DNA of 64,000 nucleotides from Escherichia coli (GTDB lineage Bacteria; Pseudomonadota; Gammaproteobacteria; Enterobacterales; Enterobacteriaceae): NCBI RefSeq assembly GCF_044324785.1, contig NZ_CP172127.1; one strand, 5' to 3'. Shown piece by piece: positions 30,844 to 39,930 of this stretch (position 1 is its first letter; each line of letters starts with the position of its first letter). The notes under the pieces were generated by a model. It saw only the letters and a program-made list of their open reading frames with translations, ran no database searches and was not told where the DNA came from. The position numbers and the translations under genes were made by a program.

Positions 30844-30863
30844 ATTGGTAGCTAATTAGATAT

Positions 30864-30894
30864 AAAAAAACCCCTTATCCGTTTGGATAAGGGG
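30864..30894 (-). terminator. rho-independent terminator of pckA
   Basis: Minus strand: stem CCCCTTATCC/GGATAAGGGG with a 4-nt loop followed by U7; 20 nt downstream of the pckA stop. Confidence 0.8.
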
Positions 30895-30913
30895 GCAATG
30901 AGATTTCAGCTGA

Positions 30914-32536
30914 TTACAGCTTCGGACCAGCCGCTACCAGCGCGGCACCCGCTGGGGTGTCGGTGTATTTATCGAAGTTGTCGATAAACAGTTTTGCCAG
31001 CGTTTCAGCTTTTTCCTGCCACTGTTCCGGAGAAGCGTAGGTGTTACGCGGATCGAGGATCCTGGTGTCTACGCCCGGCAGTTCGGTTGGGATCGCCAGG
31101 TTAAACATCGGCAGAGTGAAGGTTTCTGCGTTATCCAGCGAACCGTTGAGGATGGCGTCGATAATGGCGCGGGTATCTTTAATGGAGATACGTTTGCCAG
31201 TGCCGTTCCAGCCGGTGTTAACCAGATACGCCTGCGCGCCTGCCGCCTGCATACGTTTCACCAGCACTTCTGCGTACTGCGTCGGGTGCAGCGACAGGAA
31301 TGCCGCGCCGAAGCAGGCGGAGAAGGTTGGCGTCGGTTCGGTGATGCCGCGCTCTGTACCAGCCAGTTTGGCGGTGAAGCCAGAGAGGAAGTGGTACTGG
31401 GTTTGATCGGCAGTCAGACGAGAAACCGGCGGCAGCACACCAAAGGCGTCTGCGGTCAGGAAGATAACTTTAGTTGCGTGGCCCGCTTTGGAAACCGGCT
31501 TAACAATGTTATCGATGTGATAGATCGGATAAGAAACGCGGGTGTTCTCGGTTTTTGAACCATCATCAAAGTCGATAGTGCCATCTTCACGCACGGTGAC
31601 GTTTTCCAGCAGCGCATCGCGACGGATAGCGTTGTAGATTTCAGGTTCCGCTTCTTTCGACAGCTTGATAGTTTTTGCGTAGCAGCCGCCTTCGAAGTTA
31701 AACACGCCGTCATCGTCCCAGCCGTGCTCGTCATCGCCAATCAGGCGACGTTTCGGGTCGGTGGAAAGGGTGGTTTTACCGGTGCCGGAAAGGCCGAAGA
31801 ACACCGCAACATCGCCTTTCTCACCAACGTTGGCGGAGCAGTGCATAGAAGCGATACCTTTCAGCGGCAGCAGGTAGTTCATCATTGAGAACATCCCTTT
31901 CTTCATTTCGCCGCCGTACCAGGTGCCGCCAATCAGCTGCATGCGCTCGGTCAGGTTAAACGCCACGAAGTTTTCGGAATTCAGACCCTGTTCTTTCCAC
32001 TGCGGGTTAGTGCACTTCGCGCCGTTCATAACGATAAAGTCTGGTTTGAAACCTGCCAGCTCTTCATCGCTCGGGCGAATAAACATGTTTTTGACAAAAT
32101 GCGCCTGCCAGGCCACTTCGGTGATGAAACGGACGGAAAGACGAGTATCCGGGTTCGCACCACAGAAGGCGTCGACAACGAACAGACGTTTGCCGGAAAG
32201 CTGTTTGGTCACCAGGCCTTTCAGATGCTGCCAGGTTTGCGGAGAGAGAGGTTTGTTATCGTTCTTACCTTTGCCTTTGTCTGCCCACCAGAAAGTATCG
32301 CGAGTGGTATCGTCACGGACGATATACTTATCTTTTGGTGAACGACCGGTGAAGATCCCGGTATCGACGGCAACGGCACCCAGATTAGTTAACACCCCGC
32401 GCTCATAACCTGTCAGGCTCGGATCGAGCTCTTCCTGATACAGCAGGTCGTAGCTTGGGTTGTAAACGATATCATGTACGTCACTGATACCATAAGCCTC
32501 GAGTTCTTGCGGGGTCAAACCATTGTTAACGCGCAT
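30914..32536 (-). CDS. pckA: phosphoenolpyruvate carboxykinase (ATP)
   Basis: Start set at [21 protein letters not shown] (540 aa); the ORF track extends 23 codons upstream; kinase-1a motif GLSGTGKTT. Confidence 0.95.
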   Translation of the reverse strand: MRVNNGLTPQELEAYGISDVHDIVYNPSYDLLYQEELDPSLTGYERGVLTNLGAVAVDTGIFTGRSPKDKYIVRDDTTRDTFWWADKGKGKNDNKPLSPQTWQHLKGLVTKQLSGKRLFVVDAFCGANPDTRLSVRFITEVAWQAHFVKNMFIRPSDEELAGFKPDFIVMNGAKCTNPQWKEQGLNSENFVAFNLTERMQLIGGTWYGGEMKKGMFSMMNYLLPLKGIASMHCSANVGEKGDVAVFFGLSGTGKTTLSTDPKRRLIGDDEHGWDDDGVFNFEGGCYAKTIKLSKEAEPEIYNAIRRDALLENVTVREDGTIDFDDGSKTENTRVSYPIYHIDNIVKPVSKAGHATKVIFLTADAFGVLPPVSRLTADQTQYHFLSGFTAKLAGTERGITEPTPTFSACFGAAFLSLHPTQYAEVLVKRMQAAGAQAYLVNTGWNGTGKRISIKDTRAIIDAILNGSLDNAETFTLPMFNLAIPTELPGVDTRILDPRNTYASPEQWQEKAETLAKLFIDNFDKYTDTPAGAALVAAGPKL

Positions 32537-32914
32537 TTCACTGCTCCTTAGCCAATATGTATTGCCTGAATAGTAAAGTCTTTTTGGGGGTGTTAACCGC
32601 GACAAGGCTCATAGATTTACGTATCTGGAGAAATTCATATTTGACAAAAAACTCCGTGATTCCTGTCACGAAACGGTTGCTATTATCGCAGAAATAGCAT
32701 TTTAGGTGTGGAAAATGTTCTTAAAAGGTTAAATCTTGGTTTATATGGCGGGAATATTGTGAGTGGAATCGCATTCCTGAATGAAATTGATGCAAATTCA
32801 ATCGGTAAAGTATCGATTCACCACGCTAACTTTTTTTGATTATTTTCTGAAAAAAGCAAAATACTACGGCCCGGATGCGATAATTAACCCACTTTTTGAT
32901 TCTGGATAACTAAC

Positions 32915-34639
32915 ATGGATAACGTTGAACTTTCACCCGCAACACGCTGGGGGATGATTGCTACCGGATTACTTCAGGGGCTGGTTTGCTACCTGCTGAT
33001 CGCCTGGCTTGCCGGAAAAAATCACAGTTGGATTGTTTATGGCGTGCCTGCGACCGTCGCGTTTTCATCCGTTTTACTCTTCTCCGTGATCTCTTTTAAA
33101 CAGAAGCGCCTTTGGGGATGGCTGGCGCTGGTGTTTATTGCCACGCTGGGGATGAGCGGCTGGCTGAAGTGGCAAATTGATGGCATGAACCCCTGGAGAG
33201 CAGAAAAGGCGCTTTGGGATTTTGGCTGCTATCTGCTGCTGATGGCAATGTTGTTGCTACCGTGGATACAACAAAGCCTTCGCATCCGCAATGACAGTAG
33301 CCGCTATCGCTATTTTTACCAGTCAGTATGGCATAACGTACTTATATTACTGGTGATTTTTCTCGCCAATGGCCTGACATGGCTGGTACTTTTACTGTGG
33401 GGCGAGTTGTTTAAACTTGTTGGCATCACGTTTTTCAAAACGCTCTTTTTTGCAACCGACTGGTTTATTTATCTCACGTTAGGTCTGGTTACCGCACTGG
33501 CGGTGCTCCTCGCGCGTACACAGTCACGTTTAATCGACTCTATTCAAAAGTTGTTCACGTTAATCGCCACGGGGTTGCTGCCGTTAGTATCATTGCTAAC
33601 CCTGATGTTTATCATCACCCTGCCGTTTACGGGCCTGAGCGCGATTTCTCGCCACATTTCCGCCGCCGGGTTGCTGTTGACGCTGGCCTTTTTGCAATTG
33701 ATCTTAATGGCTATTGTCCGCGATCCGCAAAAATCGTCATTTCCCTGGACGGGGCCGTTGCGTTGCCTGATTAAAACCGCTCTGCTGGTTGCTCCGCTGT
33801 ATGTGTTCGCCGCCGCCTGGGCGTTATGGCTGCGGGTCGCTCAGTACGGCTGGACTGTCGATCGCTTGCAGGGCGCACTGGCGGTGCTGGTGTTACTGGT
33901 ATGGTCGCTGGGGTATTTTGTCAGTATCGTCTGGCGTAAAGGGCAAAACCCCCTTGTTCTTCAGGGCAAAGTGAACCTTGCGGTTTCGTTATTGGTGTTG
34001 GTAATACTGGTGCTTCTTAATTCTCCGGTGCTGGACAGTATGCGCATTAGCGTGAACAGTCATATGGCGCGTTATCAGAGTGGCAAAAACACGCCAGACC
34101 AGGTAACTATCTACATGCTCGAACAGAGCGGTCGCTATGGACGTGCGGCGCTTGAGTCGCTGAAAAGCGATGCTGAGTATATGAAAGACCCGAAACGTGC
34201 GCGGGATCTGCTGATGGCTTTTGATGGAGTACAACGTCTTCAGCAGCAGATATCGGAAAAAGCATTAGCAGATAATGTATTTATTGCCTCAGGTTCTGGA
34301 AAACCGGATACGATATTCTGGTCGGCAGTGATGAAAAATCGCTATAACGCAATGATATGCATTGAAAAAGATGCCTGCGTGCTGGTAGAGCAAGATCTGA
34401 ATAGTGATGGCAGGGCAGAGCGGATCCTCTTTGCCTTTGATGATGAAAGATACATTGTCTATGGCTTTGATCCTGACAAGAAAGAATGGCAAGAGCTTAC
34501 GATGAGTTTACTTCCGCGTGATATAACGAAAGAAAAATTACTCACAGCTGCGAAGGATGGAAAACTGGGAACGAAGCCTAAAGCGTGGCGCGATCTTGTA
34601 GTGGATGGTGAAAGGCTGGATGTGAATCTGAATGAGTGA
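32915..34639 (+). CDS. yhgE: inner membrane protein YhgE
   Basis: 574-aa polytopic membrane ORF; matches my memory of YhgE. Confidence 0.9.
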   Translation: MDNVELSPATRWGMIATGLLQGLVCYLLIAWLAGKNHSWIVYGVPATVAFSSVLLFSVISFKQKRLWGWLALVFIATLGMSGWLKWQIDGMNPWRAEKALWDFGCYLLLMAMLLLPWIQQSLRIRNDSSRYRYFYQSVWHNVLILLVIFLANGLTWLVLLLWGELFKLVGITFFKTLFFATDWFIYLTLGLVTALAVLLARTQSRLIDSIQKLFTLIATGLLPLVSLLTLMFIITLPFTGLSAISRHISAAGLLLTLAFLQLILMAIVRDPQKSSFPWTGPLRCLIKTALLVAPLYVFAAAWALWLRVAQYGWTVDRLQGALAVLVLLVWSLGYFVSIVWRKGQNPLVLQGKVNLAVSLLVLVILVLLNSPVLDSMRISVNSHMARYQSGKNTPDQVTIYMLEQSGRYGRAALESLKSDAEYMKDPKRARDLLMAFDGVQRLQQQISEKALADNVFIASGSGKPDTIFWSAVMKNRYNAMICIEKDACVLVEQDLNSDGRAERILFAFDDERYIVYGFDPDKKEWQELTMSLLPRDITKEKLLTAAKDGKLGTKPKAWRDLVVDGERLDVNLNE

Positions 34640-34670
34640 CAAAGCGCATCAGGTGTATTAGTCGTAAAAT

Positions 34671-34692
34671 CCGGCAGAGCCCTCTCTGCCGG
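34671..34692. terminator. bidirectional hairpin CCGGCAGAG-CCCT-CTCTGCCGG between convergent yhgE and hslO
   Basis: 9-bp perfect inverted repeat read directly; flanking A/T runs are modest. Confidence 0.55.
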
Positions 34693-34701
34693 ACATACTC
34701 A

Positions 34702-35580
34702 TTAATGAACTTGCGGATCTGCCGGAGACGCGTTGTTGCGGATTTCAGCAATATCCATCGCATTGAACAGATAGTGGTTACCGCAGTAATCGCAATGCAT
34801 GTCAATTTCGCCATCTTCCGCCAGGATACTATCGACTTCTTCATCCGGCAGCGTTTTTAGCGCGTCGGCGCAACGTTCACGCGAACAGGTGCATTTGAAC
34901 TCCACATCCTGCGGATCGTAAACCGTCACCTCTTCTTCGTGATACAAACGCCACAACACTTCGTTTGCCGGTAAGGTCAACAATTCTTCGGTTTTGATGG
35001 TTTCGGTTAGCGTTGCCAGGTGGTCAAAGTCGTCCTGCTGGGCATTTTGCGCAGGCATTACCTGCAACAACATTCCGCCTGCAGCCGGTTTGCCGTCTAC
35101 GTCGCCGGTGCGAATAAACAGGCGCGTCGGCAGCTGTTCAGAACGCATAAAGTAATCTTCCAGGCAGGCCGCCAGGGTATCACCTTCCAGACCCACCACG
35201 CCCTGATAGCGTTCGCCTTCGCTCGGGGTGATGGTGATCACCACGTAACCATTGCCGACCAGCGTTTTCAGGTCGGCATTTTCCGGAATTTCGCCCTGCA
35301 CGCGCGCCACACCGCGCATCTGCTGGTTGTTGTTACCGTTAATAACCGCCAGATTCATCGGACCGTCGCCTTGCAGCTGTACGGTGATATCACCATCAAA
35401 CTTCAGCGTAGCGGTTAACAGGCTGGTCGCAACCAGCAGTTCTGCCAGCACGTTTTTAACGGGCTGCGGATAATCGTGATTCTCAAGGATCTGTTGCAGG
35501 GTTTCCGAAACGGTTACCAGTTCGCCGCGAACGGCAAAGTTTTCAAACAGATAGCGATGTAATTGGTCATGTTGCGGCAT
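34702..35580 (-). CDS. hslO: redox-regulated chaperone Hsp33
   Basis: C-terminal zinc centre CTCSRERC...CDYCGNHY; start set at [10 protein letters not shown] (292 aa as I recall it); the ORF track allows MIMPQHD at 35586. Confidence 0.92.
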   Translation of the reverse strand: MPQHDQLHRYLFENFAVRGELVTVSETLQQILENHDYPQPVKNVLAELLVATSLLTATLKFDGDITVQLQGDGPMNLAVINGNNNQQMRGVARVQGEIPENADLKTLVGNGYVVITITPSEGERYQGVVGLEGDTLAACLEDYFMRSEQLPTRLFIRTGDVDGKPAAGGMLLQVMPAQNAQQDDFDHLATLTETIKTEELLTLPANEVLWRLYHEEEVTVYDPQDVEFKCTCSRERCADALKTLPDEEVDSILAEDGEIDMHCDYCGNHYLFNAMDIAEIRNNASPADPQVH

Positions 35581-35604
35581 AATCATCTCTCTTGCAGGTG
35601 ACAG

Positions 35605-36006
35605 TTATTCACTGTCGCCGTGTTTAAATCGTAACAGGTCGCGGCGCTCTTTTTTGTCCGGGCGTCGGTCCGGGTGCGGCATGGTTAAGGCATTAAGTTT
35701 ACGTGCCAGCGCCATTTTTTCGCGTTTCTCTACACTTTCCGCAGTCTCTTCATACAGCAAGGCTGCCTCGCTGGCGGGGCGACGCTGTTCAGTAATCGCC
35801 TTTACAATCACCGTGCGTTCGTCATTTCCCTGGCGCAGAGTGAGCGTGGCATTCAGCTCGACGATTTTGCTCGGCTTGCTGCGCTGCCCGTTGTAATGCA
35901 CCTTACCGCCTTCAATCATTTCACGGGCCAGCGCGCGGGTTTTATAAAAACGGGCAGCCCATAGCCATTTATCCAGTCGAACCTCAACAGCAGGTTTTTC
36001 TTTCAT
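35605..36006 (-). CDS. hslR: ribosome-associated heat shock protein Hsp15
   Basis: 133-aa ORF with an S4-like RNA-binding domain (VRLDKWLWAARFYKTRALAREMI). Confidence 0.93.
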   Translation of the reverse strand: MKEKPAVEVRLDKWLWAARFYKTRALAREMIEGGKVHYNGQRSKPSKIVELNATLTLRQGNDERTVIVKAITEQRRPASEAALLYEETAESVEKREKMALARKLNALTMPHPDRRPDKKERRDLLRFKHGDSE

Positions 36007-36016
36007 GGCGTCTCCT

Positions 36017-36685
36017 TCACATTAGCGAGGGGATCAGGCGGCGGTAGTCATTCAGTGACGGATGGCGTTGATACTGTTTCTCGGCAATCCCGGAGTCAGG
36101 ATTAGTCACGCCGAGGCAGTAACGAATACCAAATTGCGCGGCAGCATCGAGAATCGCTTCGCTGTCATCAATAAACAGCGTTCTTTCAGCTTTCAGACCC
36201 GTAGCTTCGGCCACCGCATGCCATAACCGCTGATCCTCTTTCGGATAACCAAATGTGTGGGTGGAAAGTAATAAATCAAGGTGTGCGTCCAGACCGGTAT
36301 GCTCAAGTTTTACCGCCAGGTTGTGCGGATGAGCATTGGTGAGCAAAATTCGCTGCTTACCGCTGGCTTTCAGTGCCTCAAGAAACGGAATGGTATCTTC
36401 ACGCAGTACGGCGCGCGGTCCCATCTCGGTGGTCATCGCACAGATATCCAGACCCAGTTGCTCACTCCAGTAATCAAGACAGTACCAGTTTAGCGTATGC
36501 TGTACGTCGTGATATTGCTGGCGCATATATTCCATCGCTTCCTGTGGCGTAACCCCGTTTTTCGCGCCCCATGTTTCAGGCACCAGCTTTTGCCAGAAAT
36601 AGTTATCGAAGGCGAGGTCGAGCAACGTGCCGTCCATATCCAGCAGAACGGTATCTACGTCCTGCCAGGCAATGTTGATATGCAT
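36017..36685 (-). CDS. yrfG: HAD-family GMP/IMP nucleotidase YrfG
   Basis: Start set at MHINIAWQDVDTVLLDMDGTLLD (HAD motif I DxDGT), 222 aa; the ORF track extends 15 codons upstream. Confidence 0.9.
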   Translation of the reverse strand: MHINIAWQDVDTVLLDMDGTLLDLAFDNYFWQKLVPETWGAKNGVTPQEAMEYMRQQYHDVQHTLNWYCLDYWSEQLGLDICAMTTEMGPRAVLREDTIPFLEALKASGKQRILLTNAHPHNLAVKLEHTGLDAHLDLLLSTHTFGYPKEDQRLWHAVAEATGLKAERTLFIDDSEAILDAAAQFGIRYCLGVTNPDSGIAEKQYQRHPSLNDYRRLIPSLM

Positions 36686-36749
36686 GAGGGAAATCTCCAG
36701 AGTGAAGCAATTTGCGCGACAGGGTAGCATAACCTGCCGCGCAAACGTG

Positions 36750-38885
36750 TTATTCGATAAGGCTTTCTGAAGGGGTGATCAGTTGTGGGTTCAGGCAGCT
36801 TTCATAATAGGCCTGAATCTTCATCATGCGAGTACGATGACGCTGGTAACGCCGCCAGGCCTGTACGCCATTATAAATGGCGCTACCCAGCATCGTCAGT
36901 AGCAGCAGCGTGGTGCTGAGATAGCGCCACAGGCCGGAACGATCCGGGATCGGATGAAGGCCAATATGCTGCGTACCATTGGCGTCAGTGAAGATTTTTG
37001 TGACGATACCCTCGGCGTTAAACGGCGTATGCATCAGCATTTGTGCCAGTTTCTGGAAAGCGTTCCACTGTTCTTGCGGCGGGTAGTCGTAAAGTGATGC
37101 CGAAGGCCAGGGCTGATCAACAAAATCGCTGCCTTCGTCGCTGACAATCAGGAATCCACCGGGGGCGGGACTGTTTAGTGATTGTGCCGCTCGCGCCGTT
37201 TCATGCGTGATAAACGGCGCGGTGGAGGTTGCCACCAGGTTATCCAGTGATTCCGCACTCACCGGGCGTAATAACACATTCACGCCATCGAGTTTCCCAG
37301 CGTTGGCGCGTTTTACCAGCGCGTCCCAGTCTTTACTGTTGCCGAGATTGACCAGCGCATTTTTCAGTCGCACACAGTCATCTTTGGCAGAACATAGATC
37401 CGCTGTCTTCAGTACTATGTCGCCAAAATCATCAAGCAATACCATGCCGGATTTTTGAATTGCTGAACGTAATGAGGCGCTGACGCGAGATTCATCTTCC
37501 GGTTTAGGGTGCAGCTGGCGATTAACTGCTTCGGTCAATGCCGTCGCTTTGTTGACCAGTTCAGATTCTGGTAATGGCAATGAGCGGGCGTCATTCCAGA
37601 TGATCTGCGAGCAGTCAAACGGTAAAAAAGGTGAGTTGGTTTTCGCGCTCCAGGTACCGGAAGTGCGAATATTACACATTCCCGTACCGCTAATACGCAA
37701 TGTATCGCCAACCCGCACGCCAGCGTCAGCCAGTTGTTTCACGCTGGTGGCTTCAATGGTCTGCGCGCCTTTCATCCACGAGAGGGTGAATTTCAGCGGC
37801 ATATCCAGCGGGATCCAGAATAACAGCATAAACAGCACCAGTAGCGAGCCCGCAGCGATAATCGTACTGCGCAGCCAGTGCTGTAACGGAAAGTTTTTTA
37901 CTTCATCATGGAGCGAAAGATATCGCCCCTGACGCACTACGTGGCGGTCGAGATAGATATCGATATCGGTTTGTTGACCGAGATCCTGAGCAATGTATGG
38001 CTGCCAGTGTGCGGGGTAGACCAGGTCGATAATACCGAGTGAAATATTGTTGATCTGTTCCTGATCGTTTTCGCCAAACAATCCCCAACGACGGGGTGTA
38101 CCGCGCAGACAATGAATTTCCCGCAGGGAGGATTTTGCCGGGGGCGCGAATAGCCCCCACAGACCTGCGCCCAGCAGCAGTAACGCGCCGCCTGCCAGCC
38201 ACGGAACAAATACATCCGGGGTAATCAGGCAGAAAAAGAACATCAGGAATGAGGCGACAATCAGCAACGCTTCACGCAGCCCGCGCGGACGACTTAGCGC
38301 ATACTCTTCGTGCGTTTCTTTGCGAATATTGAGTAGCTCGATTTGCTCACTCTCTTCCCCGCGAATCGACGCCTGTGTTGACGGAACAGGTTGCAAGGCA
38401 TAGCCGCGAGTTTCCTGCATGTACTCCTGCAGCGTATGACCGTTGAGTGAAATAACCAGCGGCAGCGAATCGGTATGAATCAGTTCAACGGTATTCTCAT
38501 CGTTGATGTACTGTTCCCAGAAGGGGGGCAGGTGGACTTCTACCGAATCGAGGTAGTAACGCCATTTATTCGGATCGTCGGTAGAGATGCCGTAACGCGT
38601 GATAGCGTGTGTCAGCATCATGACGTTGTTGCTTTCGGCATTCAGCGCCAGAGAGATCGGTGCCGCGCTGGCTCCCGTTGGGCCAGGCACCTGTAATACC
38701 TGCGTCAGGCTCTCAAGATAATTTTCAACGGCGCTACGTTCTTCAGGTGTGAGTTTACGCGTTTGCGCATCCGCGAAGGCGTTGGTCCAGGGCAGCTGAC
38801 GCCGTCTGGATCGCACTTTTATCAGCCATCCCGCAAGTAGTGAGCAGGCCAGCAAAGCAGCTAAAAAAATCACAATGGTGCTCAT
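36750..38885 (-). CDS. igaA: inner membrane Rcs-phosphorelay attenuator IgaA (YrfF)
   Basis: 711-aa ORF with an N-terminal TM segment; matches my memory of YrfF/IgaA. Confidence 0.92.
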   Translation of the reverse strand: MSTIVIFLAALLACSLLAGWLIKVRSRRRQLPWTNAFADAQTRKLTPEERSAVENYLESLTQVLQVPGPTGASAAPISLALNAESNNVMMLTHAITRYGISTDDPNKWRYYLDSVEVHLPPFWEQYINDENTVELIHTDSLPLVISLNGHTLQEYMQETRGYALQPVPSTQASIRGEESEQIELLNIRKETHEEYALSRPRGLREALLIVASFLMFFFCLITPDVFVPWLAGGALLLLGAGLWGLFAPPAKSSLREIHCLRGTPRRWGLFGENDQEQINNISLGIIDLVYPAHWQPYIAQDLGQQTDIDIYLDRHVVRQGRYLSLHDEVKNFPLQHWLRSTIIAAGSLLVLFMLLFWIPLDMPLKFTLSWMKGAQTIEATSVKQLADAGVRVGDTLRISGTGMCNIRTSGTWSAKTNSPFLPFDCSQIIWNDARSLPLPESELVNKATALTEAVNRQLHPKPEDESRVSASLRSAIQKSGMVLLDDFGDIVLKTADLCSAKDDCVRLKNALVNLGNSKDWDALVKRANAGKLDGVNVLLRPVSAESLDNLVATSTAPFITHETARAAQSLNSPAPGGFLIVSDEGSDFVDQPWPSASLYDYPPQEQWNAFQKLAQMLMHTPFNAEGIVTKIFTDANGTQHIGLHPIPDRSGLWRYLSTTLLLLTMLGSAIYNGVQAWRRYQRHRTRMMKIQAYYESCLNPQLITPSESLIE

Positions 38886-39204
38886 GCTTTCCCCATCTTA
38901 CTTAGTCTGTCAGGCGTGGTCAGTCGCACCGGACACAAAACATGATTCTGCGGTTGGCTATCGGCAAGCGTGGAGTTTAACTTGAGCATCATTAAGCACA
39001 TCACAGTAACCGCTGATCATAGCAAACCCTCTGAAGGCGGAATATCAGCAAATTCCTGGAGTTATTTCAACCTATTGACTTTTAATTTGATTTGAGGACG
39101 ATTATTTATTAAGTTACATAAATGTAAATAACATGCAATTCACATTGCCGAAAGCGTGTCCTATATCGCACAATAACCGCTGATTTCACAGCATAGATCC
39201 CACG

Positions 39205-39765
39205 ATGAGCAAATCATTACAAAAACCCACCATTCTGAATGTTGAAACTGTAGCCCGTTCCCGACTGTTTACCGTCGAAAGCGTGGATCTGGAGTTCAGC
39301 AATGGCGTGCGGCGTGTTTATGAACGAATGCGTCCAACCAACCGGGAAGCAGTGATGATTGTGCCGATTGTGGACGATCACCTGATCCTGATCCGCGAAT
39401 ACGCAGTGGGAACTGAATCCTACGAATTAGGTTTTTCGAAAGGATTAATTGATCCGGGTGAAAGCGTCTACGAAGCCGCTAACCGCGAGCTAAAAGAAGA
39501 GGTTGGATTTGGTGCGAACGATCTGACTTTTTTGAAGAAGCTCAGCATGGCACCGTCTTATTTTTCCAGCAAAATGAATATCGTGGTAGCGCAAGATCTC
39601 TACCCGGAATCGCTGGAAGGCGATGAGCCAGAGCCGCTACCACAGGTGCGCTGGCCGCTGGCGCATATGATGGATTTGCTGGAAGACCCTGATTTCAATG
39701 AAGCGCGCAATGTCAGTGCGCTTTTCCTCGTGCGCGAGTGGTTGAAAGGGCAGGGGCGAGTGTAA
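39205..39765 (+). CDS. nudE: ADP-sugar/ADP-compound Nudix hydrolase NudE
   Basis: 186-aa ORF with Nudix box (GLIDPGESVYEAANRELKEEVG). Confidence 0.93.
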   Translation: MSKSLQKPTILNVETVARSRLFTVESVDLEFSNGVRRVYERMRPTNREAVMIVPIVDDHLILIREYAVGTESYELGFSKGLIDPGESVYEAANRELKEEVGFGANDLTFLKKLSMAPSYFSSKMNIVVAQDLYPESLEGDEPEPLPQVRWPLAHMMDLLEDPDFNEARNVSALFLVREWLKGQGRV

Positions 39766-39846
39766 ATGCGTGAAGTTCGCCTGATGCACAATGTTTATCA
39801 GGCTTATGGGGTTTCTGCAATATATTGAGTTTTCACGATTTTGTTA

Positions 39847-39875
39847 GCCGGATAACGCGTTCACCCGTATCCGGC
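39847..39875. repeat. REP-like palindromic unit GCCGGATA-N13-TATCCGGC
   Basis: 8-bp inverted repeat with a 13-nt loop between nudE and mrcA; characteristic GCCGGATA arm. Confidence 0.5.
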
Positions 39876-39904
39876 ATAAACAAGTGCACTTTGTCAGCAA
39901 ACTT

Positions 39905-39928
39905 AAAAAGGCGCTGAAGCGCCTTTTT
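39905..39928. terminator. bidirectional rho-independent terminator AAAAAGGCGC-TGAA-GCGCCTTTTT (mrcA / nudE)
   Basis: Perfect 10-bp stem with an A5 run on one side and T5 on the other; ends 2 nt before the mrcA stop. Confidence 0.7.
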
Positions 39929-39930
39929 AA

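Noticed and set aside
32805-32824. Possible Cra (FruR) half-site TGAATCGATA in the pckA-yhgE divergent region
   Set aside because: Only a partial match judged by eye; not confident enough to annotate without a PWM scan, although pckA is a known Cra target.
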